A DNA stretch of 64,000 bases from Myxococcales bacterium. GTDB lineage: Bacteria; Myxococcota_A; UBA9042; JABWCM01; BTVJ01. Position numbers and translations under genes: made by a program. Below are positions 10,011 to 18,400 of this stretch, piece by piece; within the stretch, counting starts at the first letter, position 1; each line of letters begins with the position of its first letter. The stretch covers positions 1-64,000 of the forward strand of contig BTVJ01000031.1 in the NCBI GenBank assembly GCA_045863395.1, written 5' to 3'. The notes under the pieces were generated by a model. It worked only from the letters and a program-made list of their open reading frames with translations. It searched no databases and was not told where the DNA came from.

Positions 10011-13000
10011 ATGAAGACCACCACACTGGCGCTGATCGCAGCCCTCGCGTGCGGGTGCGCGACCACCAGCACCGCCCCTGCCGGGGTGCCCCTGCTGGAG
10101 CGGCTGCTCGCCGGCCCTGTCCCCCTCGACGGCAAGGCGGCGGCCCTCGCGTCCGAGGCGGACGCCGCCCTCCGCGACGGCCACCCCGCAGAGGCAAGCC
10201 GCAAGCTCCGCGCCGCGCTCGATGCCCTCCCCGCGGACGCGCCACCGTGCAGCGCCCGCGGCGCGCTGCTCTACGCCATCTGGAAGGCGGAGGCGCTCGG
10301 CTCCGCGTCGGGCGATCCGGACCCGATCGAGGCCCTGCGCGGCGCCTGCACCGCAGCGGAGGTCGCCCCCTCCGAGGCCCCCATGGCCACCTTCCTCGGC
10401 GCGCTGGTGTTCGCCGAGACCAACCGCGGCGCGGCGTCGTCCCCCGCGGATCGCCCCGACGAGTGGGTGGACGAGGCGGCCATCCGCGCCTGGGGCGAGC
10501 GGGCCGAGGCGACCACCGTCGGCGCAGACCGCGTGACACTGCTGCGCACCCTGGCCCACGAGGCGCTCGCCCTGGCGTCCGAGCCCGAGGGCCCCTGCGA
10601 CGACGCGTGGGCGCCGGCCCGCGACGCCCGCCTGCGGGAGCTCCGCGCCCAGCTCGACACGCTCGGCCGCCAGGACCTGACCGTTGGAGCGACCGCCCGC
10701 GAGGCTCTGCGCGCGGACGGCACCGTGGACCGCGCCCGCATCCAGGCGCTCACCGACGCCCTGAACCGCCCCGACGCCGCGTGGATGCGCCAGTACGGCC
10801 TGGCCACGGCCCTCGGCGCCGTCGGGCACGCCACCCTCCTGGCGGCGGACCCGGGCGCCCTCGCCCCCCTGTGCAACGCCGTGTTCGAGGACATCGCCGC
10901 CGACGTGCGTGCCGACACCGCCGAGGGCTGGGCGGACCGCAACGTCACCCGCCTGACCGCCGCCTTCGGCCACGCGCTGTCGTGCCCGAGCCGCGCGCCG
11001 CTCGACGCGCTCCTCGACGACGTGCTCGCCCGCGCCGCGACGGCCGGCGACGGCGGAGCCGGCGTGCTGGCCGTCCTCGTGGGTGCGGGCTCCCACCTCG
11101 CCCAGGCCGCCATCACGGGCCGCATGGACCAGGTGTTCGCGGCCTCCGACGCCCTGCTCCGCGGGCTCGACCGGGTGCGGGACCGCCTGACCGACGCCCC
11201 CGCCGACCAGGCCCTCGACGCGCTGCTGGGCGCCCTGACCGGCGCCGGCCGCCTGTTCCAGACAGGCGACCCGGCGGCGCTCGGGCGCCTGGCGGCCGCG
11301 GCGGACACGCTGCTCCCGCTCTCCACGGAGCCCACCGCTCCCGACGCGCCCATGATCCTCAAGCTGGCGCCCGGGATCCACCTGGGGGCGCTCGGCCTGC
11401 TCGCCGGCGTGCAGTCCATCCGCGGCGACACGGCCGCGGCGGAGGCGACCCTCGCCGTCCTGGACCAGGCCCTGGAGGACGACGTGGCCCTGCTGCTGCG
11501 GAACCTGGACGCCAGCGACCACGCCCCCGCCATCGTGCGCCTGATCCGTGCGGGCCGCGCCGTGGTGGAGGCCGCCATCGACCCGAAGCCCACGCACCTG
11601 GAGCAGGCGCGAGGCTCCCTGGAGGCGGCGCTGGCGCCGGGCCCCTCCGAGGCGGGCTGGTGGGCGATCTCCCTGGACGGCGCGCGCCTGATCCTCGTCG
11701 ACGTCCTCGCGCTGGTCGCGTCGGACGAGAAGCACTCGCCCATCGTGCGCGACGCGATGACGCGGGCCGAGGGAGTTTCCGCCCGCCTGGTCGGCTCGAT
11801 CCTCGACCACTTCGAGCTGCGGGGGACGGGGTGGGAGCTGCTCTCCGTCCTGCCCGCGGTCCACCAGGTGCTCGGCCGCATCCTCACCGAGGACCTCGCG
11901 GAGGACGAGACCGCCCGCCTCCTGCTTGAGACCCTGGAGCCCCCCGCCCGGGAGGCGCTCTCCCGCCTCACCAAGGCGGTGCGCGACATCCCGTCCGAGC
12001 GGGCCGCCTACCTGGACATGTTCATCGACGTCCTCGAGGCCGCCACCGAGGTTGGCGCCGGGAGATTCGTGAGCGACGGGGACACGGCCCTGCGAGACCT
12101 CGGGCGCGCGCTGCTCTCTCGCGGCGCCACCTACCCCACCGAGCTGCGCACCTACGCGGAGATGGCAGGCGCCGCTCTCCTGTGGGCAGGGGACCGCGCC
12201 GGCGCCGAGGGGGCCCTGGAGCGGGCCGCCACGGCCGCGCGGAGCTCCTCCATCGCGCGGTACTCCTGGCTCCCCCAGCTCCTGCGGGCGCGGCTCGCCA
12301 TGAGCTCCGGCGACGTGGAGACGGCGCTCACCGCGGCAGACGCCGCCCTCGCCGCGGGCCAGGAGACCCACCGCTGCGGAAAGTTCGACGCCGCCGACGG
12401 CATCCTGCCGTTCCGCATGGCTGCCCTGGAGCGCCTGGGTCGCCACGCCGAGGCCCGTGTCGCCTACAGGGCGTGGGCGGCGCTCCTCGACCGGGGCTTC
12501 GCGGGAGATGGCGTCATCCAGTGCCGCATGATGTCCTACCGGGGCAACGTGGTGGCCACCGCCGACGTGGGGCACCAGCCGGGCTCCCTGCTCCTCCCCT
12601 CGGGCTCCCAGGACGGCACGTTCCAGGTGGGCATCGGCTTCCAGTCCACCGAGCGGGACCACGACCGCCTCGTCTGCACCGCCGGCCCCCTGGCAGCGCG
12701 CCGGTCGGACCGCGTCCTCGCCGTCCACCTGCTTGCCGCACTCCACGCCCTGGCCGCGGGCCAGGACCTGGAGGCCCACGACTCGCTGCTCGCCGCCTGG
12801 TCCGAGGCGCGGCTCATCGCCTACGGTCAGGCCCAGACGCTGGGGCGCCTGGGCGGCTCCGCTGCGGCCGACGCGCGGGAGAAGGCGCCGATCGCCCTGA
12901 TCGGGTGGGCGGCGACGGCGGCGCGCCTCCGCGGGCAGGCCCATATCGCCGGGCGGCTGGAGGAGCTGGCCGAGCTGATCGCCACTGCACGCGGCACGAC

Positions 13001-13973
13001 CCTCCGTGAGGAGCTCTCCACCGCCGAGCCGCCGGTCATCCTCGAAGGGAGCCCGGCGCTCCTCCCGGTGGGCGAGGCCGCGCGCCTGTGGTACGCAGCG
13101 TCGACGGAGGCCGAGCTGGGCGCTGCCTCGGCGGCGATGGCGAAGGCCGGCGTCCGATTGAGCCCGCCCTGGGGTCCGGCGCTCTCGACCCAGGTGCTCA
13201 ACGCCTCCCACGGCCGCGTGAAGGAGGCGGACGCGGGCCTGAGGGCGCTCAAGGACCCGAAGGAACCCCTCGGCAAGGCCCTGGTGGGGGGCGCGCGCGT
13301 CCTCTTCCGCCAGGCCTCCTCGGGGCAGGTGGACCGGGCCTCGCTGACCGCCGCGATGGAGGCCCTCGCGAGGGCTGGGCTCCCCGGCGAGGCGATGGGC
13401 CTCGCGCAGCAGGGCGCGGCGCTCCTGATGAGCACCAACGACCGCGCCGGGACCATCGCGCTCCTGGAGGCCGCGGTCGCCGCGCTCCCGGAGGGCACCC
13501 ACCCGCTGGTACGCGCCGACCTGCTCGCCCACCTGACGGAGGGCCGCCTCGCCGACGGCATGGCCAACGAGGCTCTCGAAGGCCTGCGCGTCATGTGGCC
13601 GGCGCTGCATGGCCGCGTCGCCCCCGACCTGGAGCTCCAGCAGCGCCTCACCACCATCAACCTGCTCGGGCTCGGGCAGCACTGGGACGAGCTGGCGCCG
13701 AAGGTCGGGGAGCTGGTCTCCATCCTCGCGCCCACCGTCGGGTGGGGCCACCCGACGGTCTACAGCCTGCGGGCAGTGGACGTGGCCCTTGTCGCGCGCT
13801 CGTCCGAGGTGGACGCGAGCCGCCTCGACGCGCTGCTCGAGTGGGCCGACGCAGCCGGCGCCGACGACGCGACGGCCATGCTCCGTGCGTTTCGAGAGGG
13901 TGGGCTCGATGCGGCCCAGCGGCGGGCCAAGGCGGAGGAGTTCCTGGGGAGGATCTTCGGGCAAGCGCCGTAA
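10011..13973 (+). CDS. Very large Ala/Leu-rich, probably alpha-helical (TPR-like) lipoprotein of unknown function, 1320 aa
   Basis: Lipobox LACGC, GC3-rich codons, helical-repeat-like composition; no catalytic motif recognised. Confidence 0.7.
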   Translation: MKTTTLALIAALACGCATTSTAPAGVPLLERLLAGPVPLDGKAAALASEADAALRDGHPAEASRKLRAALDALPADAPPCSARGALLYAIWKAEALGSASGDPDPIEALRGACTAAEVAPSEAPMATFLGALVFAETNRGAASSPADRPDEWVDEAAIRAWGERAEATTVGADRVTLLRTLAHEALALASEPEGPCDDAWAPARDARLRELRAQLDTLGRQDLTVGATAREALRADGTVDRARIQALTDALNRPDAAWMRQYGLATALGAVGHATLLAADPGALAPLCNAVFEDIAADVRADTAEGWADRNVTRLTAAFGHALSCPSRAPLDALLDDVLARAATAGDGGAGVLAVLVGAGSHLAQAAITGRMDQVFAASDALLRGLDRVRDRLTDAPADQALDALLGALTGAGRLFQTGDPAALGRLAAAADTLLPLSTEPTAPDAPMILKLAPGIHLGALGLLAGVQSIRGDTAAAEATLAVLDQALEDDVALLLRNLDASDHAPAIVRLIRAGRAVVEAAIDPKPTHLEQARGSLEAALAPGPSEAGWWAISLDGARLILVDVLALVASDEKHSPIVRDAMTRAEGVSARLVGSILDHFELRGTGWELLSVLPAVHQVLGRILTEDLAEDETARLLLETLEPPAREALSRLTKAVRDIPSERAAYLDMFIDVLEAATEVGAGRFVSDGDTALRDLGRALLSRGATYPTELRTYAEMAGAALLWAGDRAGAEGALERAATAARSSSIARYSWLPQLLRARLAMSSGDVETALTAADAALAAGQETHRCGKFDAADGILPFRMAALERLGRHAEARVAYRAWAALLDRGFAGDGVIQCRMMSYRGNVVATADVGHQPGSLLLPSGSQDGTFQVGIGFQSTERDHDRLVCTAGPLAARRSDRVLAVHLLAALHALAAGQDLEAHDSLLAAWSEARLIAYGQAQTLGRLGGSAAADAREKAPIALIGWAATAARLRGQAHIAGRLEELAELIATARGTTLREELSTAEPPVILEGSPALLPVGEAARLWYAASTEAELGAASAAMAKAGVRLSPPWGPALSTQVLNASHGRVKEADAGLRALKDPKEPLGKALVGGARVLFRQASSGQVDRASLTAAMEALARAGLPGEAMGLAQQGAALLMSTNDRAGTIALLEAAVAALPEGTHPLVRADLLAHLTEGRLADGMANEALEGLRVMWPALHGRVAPDLELQQRLTTINLLGLGQHWDELAPKVGELVSILAPTVGWGHPTVYSLRAVDVALVARSSEVDASRLDALLEWADAAGADDATAMLRAFREGGLDAAQRRAKAEEFLGRIFGQAP

Positions 13974-14037
13974 GGGGGAGCGGTCACAGAGGGGGCAGAG
14001 GCGAGCGAGGTCCCCGTGCAGTCTTCGCGGGGGGAGC

Positions 14038-15042
14038 CTACTTGCAGGGCTCGACGGTCACTTCGAGGACCAGCGGGTCGGCCAGCGCGCTCTTGAAGTC
14101 GACGACCACGGTGGTCTTCCCCTGGTTCATCGCGAAGAGCAGCATCCCGTCGTCGCCCACGCTCTGCTCCGTCCACAGGTTGCCGTTGCTCACCGAGATG
14201 CCGGCCACCCGCTGCGCCGTCGGCAGGACCCACGAGTGGTTCTTGCACAGGGTCAGCGCGTAGGAGTTGAGACCGGGGCGGTTCTCCAGATTCGCGGGCC
14301 CGGTGGAGGGGCAGCCGCTCTTGCCCTCCCGCACCACCTGGACGCGCTGGGAGGCGTCGTCGGTGCGCTTCTCCGGGTCGAGCAGCGTGGCGTACCCGGA
14401 CCGGACGCCAGCATAGAAGAAGGCGCCGCTCTCTACGCCCGTGAAGGTGTAGAGGACCCGGGGGTTGAGGCTGACCCGGGGGGCGTCAGCGGCGCCGGGC
14501 ACCATGGCCGCCCCTTCGCACAGCGCCAGGTCGCCGGACGACGGCAGCAGCGTCGTCGCCCCGCACTGGGCCACGAACACCGCGTAGTGCAGCTCCTTCA
14601 CGTCACCGGTGAGGTTGTCGCGCTGCCACAGCTTCAGCTTGTGGGCCCCGACGGCGTGGGCGTTGAACACGGCCCGGTTCCGCGTGGTGGCCAGCGACTT
14701 GATGTAGACCTTGGGGTTGGCCCAGGCCAGCGCCTTGGGGTCGTCGCCGGGGGTCGGCGCGAGCAGCTCCAGGTTCGGCGACAGCCACCACGCGACGGGC
14801 ATGGGAGAGCCGCTCTCCGCCCACTGGTCCAGTGCGCCCTCGGCCGCCTTGGCCTCCTGGGCCATGCTGGGCCACGCATAGGAGTACTTGGGCTCGGTGT
14901 AGGTGAACGAGTGCCCTTCCCTGGACTCGATCACGTGGGTGTCACCCAGGCACACGTCGACCCGGGTGATGGGCACCGAAGCAGAGCCGATGCCAGGCAC
15001 GAGGAGCGCGAGGGCGATGGCAGTGGGGAGCAGGCGGCGCAT
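14038..15042 (-). CDS. Secreted beta-rich hypothetical protein (334 aa)
   Basis: ATG at 15042 after GGAGG; signal peptide MRRLLPTAIALALLVPGIGSA. Confidence 0.7.
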   Translation of the reverse strand: MRRLLPTAIALALLVPGIGSASVPITRVDVCLGDTHVIESREGHSFTYTEPKYSYAWPSMAQEAKAAEGALDQWAESGSPMPVAWWLSPNLELLAPTPGDDPKALAWANPKVYIKSLATTRNRAVFNAHAVGAHKLKLWQRDNLTGDVKELHYAVFVAQCGATTLLPSSGDLALCEGAAMVPGAADAPRVSLNPRVLYTFTGVESGAFFYAGVRSGYATLLDPEKRTDDASQRVQVVREGKSGCPSTGPANLENRPGLNSYALTLCKNHSWVLPTAQRVAGISVSNGNLWTEQSVGDDGMLLFAMNQGKTTVVVDFKSALADPLVLEVTVEPCK

Positions 15043-15088
15043 GGTGATTACCTCCAGGGTCGTTCGCGACAAAGCCGGTGACGGATGC

Positions 15089-15104
15089 TTCAATCGGCAT
15101 GCCA
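15089..15104 (-). promoter_or_regulatory. Putative sigma54 promoter TGGCATG-CCGA-TTGAA
   Basis: Matches the TGGCACG-N4-TTGCW spacing with a -12 GA variant, about 47 nt upstream of the 15042 start. Confidence 0.5.
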
Positions 15105-15246
15105 GCGACGAGCATGAGGGGAAACACGCGGATGGGCCCAGTGGGGGAGGGTCACCGCCGACCCTGGCCAGGCGACGGGTGGCGACGCATGGTCGAGGGG
15201 GGCCCAAGTGACGCCGCCTCCATGTGGAGCGACATCTCCGTAGACC

Positions 15247-15272
15247 CCGGTGGGTCAGGAGCGACCCACCGG
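15247..15272. repeat. Perfect 10-bp inverted repeat CCGGTGGGTC-N6-GACCCACCGG
   Basis: Read directly in the divergent intergenic region. Confidence 0.8.
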
Positions 15273-15340
15273 CACGGTGTGCAGCGACCACCCAAGAAAT
15301 CAACTAGGATTTCCGGTCGTCCCGCCACGTTCGGATGATG

Positions 15341-15370
15341 TTGACAGGTCCATCCGCAACTCTGTAGCCT
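15341..15370 (+). promoter_or_regulatory. Putative sigma70 promoter TTGACA-N18-TAGCCT for the fibre cluster
   Basis: Perfect -35 box, flanked by the inverted repeat CGGATG (15332-15337) / CATCCG (15351-15356). Confidence 0.5.
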
Positions 15371-15469
15371 CGCTGATAACGCAATGTGCGGTGTCCCCTG
15401 CCATCCGGCTACGATGCCGGGTGAGCCAAGATAGTGGTGCATCAACCGTCAGCCCCGAGGGTACCGGTC

Positions 15470-18400
15470 ATGAAGGCTCGTTGGCTCGTCGCTGCGGCAT
15501 CGGCGCTCCTGCTCGGCACCACGACGGCCTCCGCCGTCGACCTGGACCGGAACATGGGCGTGCAAGGAATGATGATGACGTCGGGGGGAACGCCCGCAAA
15601 CGGCACCTTCAACATGGTGGTTCGCCTGTACTCGGCCCAGAGCGGCGGTTCTGCCCTCTGGTCGCAGAATCTGACCGGCGTGACGGTCGCCGGGGGCGTC
15701 TTCGACGTCACCATAGGGCCGGTCCCCGCCAACGTCCTCGACGCCTGGTCCATGCTGTGGCTGGAGACCCAGGTGGAGGCGACGACCCTGCCCCGCCAGC
15801 CCCTGCGAGCGGTGGCCTACGCCCTGGTCGCGCAGCGGGCCAATGACATCGCGTGCAGCGGCTGCGTGGACACGGCGGACCTGGCAGACGGGTCCGTGAC
15901 CCCCGCCAAGCTCGGGAGCGGCTCCTACGGCATCAACATCAGCGGCAACGCGGCCACGGCCACCACCGCCACCACCGCCGTGACGGCGACGGCCTTCTCG
16001 GGCTCCCTGGCCGGGGACGTGACAGGCACGCAGGGGAGCACCACCGTCGGGCGCATCCGCGGCCGCAATGTATCCACCACCGCGCCGACGGCTGGGCAGA
16101 TTCTGAAGTACAACGCGGGCAACTCCACGTGGGAGCCCGCTGACGACTCGGCGGGCACCGGCACGGTCACGAGCGTAGCGACGGGTACGGGCCTCGCTGG
16201 TGGGCCCATCACCTCGTCCGGGACCATCGACCTGCGCCTCGCGTCCGCGGGCGGCCTGTCGAAGACCATCAACAGCAACGAGCTCGGCATCGCCGCTGGC
16301 GGCATCGCGCCGTCCATGGTGTCGAGCGGCACCTACGGCATCAGCGTCTCGGGCAACGCCGCCACGGCCACGTCGGCGACGAGCTTCACGGGCCCGTTGG
16401 CGGGGGACGTCACTGGCACGCAGGGCGCCACCATCGTCAGCCGCATCCTGGGACGCACCCTCTCGACGACGGCCCCCTTGGGCGGCCAGGTCCTCAAGTA
16501 CAACGCAGGCAACGCCCAGTGGGAGCCGTCCAACGACTCGACGGGCACGGGGACGGTGACCAGCGTGGACACCGGCGCCGGCTTGAGTGGGGGGCCGGTC
16601 ACCTCCAGTGGCACCATCGATCTTCGGCTGGCCACTGGCGGCGGCCTCGTCAAGAACCTCGGGGCCGGCACCAACGAGCTGGGCATCGGCGCTGGCGCCA
16701 TCACGCCGGCGATGGTGGGCAGCGGGACGTTCTCCATCAACGTCAGCGGCAACGCGGCCACGGCCACCACCGCAACGACGGCGACGAACTTCAGCGGCAG
16801 CCTCGCCGGCGACGTGACAGGGACCCAGGGGAGCACCACCGTGGGGCGCCTCCGCGGTCGCAACGTGGCCTCCACCGCGCCAACCAACGGCCAGGTCCTC
16901 AAGTACAACGCGACCACGTCCCAGTGGGAGCCGCAGGCGGACGACTCGGGGGCGGGCGGCAGCGTGCAGAGCGTGAACACGGGCGCGGGTCTGAGTGGGG
17001 GCCCCATCACGTCCACCGGCACCGTCGACTTGAACCTGGCCACGTCTGGGGGGCTCTCCAAGGCCCTGGGCTCGGGGAGCCAGCTCGGCATCGCCGCGGG
17101 CGGCATCGTCCCGTCGATGCTCTCGAGCGGCAGCTACGGCATCAACATCTCGGGTAACGCGGCGACCGCGACGTCGGCAACCAGCGCAACCACGGCGACG
17201 ACCGCGACCAACTTCTCGGGGAGCCTCACCGGCGACGTGACGGGCACCCAGGGGGCAACCTCGGTCCAGAAGATCAAGGGCATCCCCGTGAGCGGGACCC
17301 CGGCGGGCGGCCAGGTGCTCAAGTACAACAGCGGTACGGGCGTGTGGGAGCCGGGCAACGACGTCGCCGGCGCCAACGGGACCGTCACGACGGTCAACAC
17401 GGGCGCCGGCCTCCAGGGAGGCCCCATCACCGCCAGTGGGACCATCGACCTGCGGCTCAACGCGAGCGGCGGCCTCGTGAAGAACCTCGGCGCGGGCAAT
17501 GAGCTCGGCATCGGCGCTGCGGCGGTCCAACCCTCCATGCTGGCTGCTGGCACCTACGGCATCAGCATCAGCGGCAACGCCGCCACGGCCACGACGGCGA
17601 GCAGCGCCACCACGGCGACCACCGCGACGAACGCCACCAACTTCACGGGCACCCTCAACGGCGACGTCACGGGGACCCAGGGGAGCACCACGGTGGGGCG
17701 CATCCGCGGCCGCACGGTCTCCACCACGGCCCCCACCAGCGGGCAGGTGCTGAAGTTCAACACGACGTCGAATCAGTGGGAGCCGGCCGCGGACAGCTCC
17801 AACGCGGGGACGGTGACGTCGGTCAACACGGGCGCCGGTCTGCTCGGCGGGCCGATCACGGGGAGCGGTACGGTCGACCTGAACCTCTTTGCCAGCGGCG
17901 GCCTCGCGAGCAACCTGGGCACCGGCTCGGTTCAGCTCGGCATCAAGGCCGGCGGCATCGTCCCGAGCATGGTGTCGGCGGGCTCCTACGGCATCAACAT
18001 CACGGGGAGCGCAGCGACGGCGACCAGCGCCACGTCGGCGACCACGGCCACGACCGCGACGAACTTCACCGGGAGCCTCGTGGGAGACGTCACCGGGACC
18101 CAAGGAGCGACGTCGGTTCAGAAGATCAAGGGCGTCCCGGTGAGCGGGGCTCCGAGCACGACCGGGCAGGTCCTCAAGTACAACGCGGGCACCGGGGTCT
18201 GGGAGCCGGGAACGGACAATGCAGGGTCCGGCGGGACGGTGACCACGGTCAACACGGGGGCGGGCCTCCAGGGCGGTCCCATCTCGACGACGGGCACCAT
18301 CGACCTGCGCCTCAACGCCAGCGGCGGCCTCGTGAAGAACCTCGGGGCCGGCAACGAGCTTGGCATCGGCGCCAACGCCATCGTCCCGAGCATGGTGTCG

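Noticed and set aside
9897..13964. 1355-aa minus-strand ORF
   Set aside because: Antisense shadow of the 10011-13973 gene. It is Arg/Gly-rich with no motifs, as expected in high-GC DNA.
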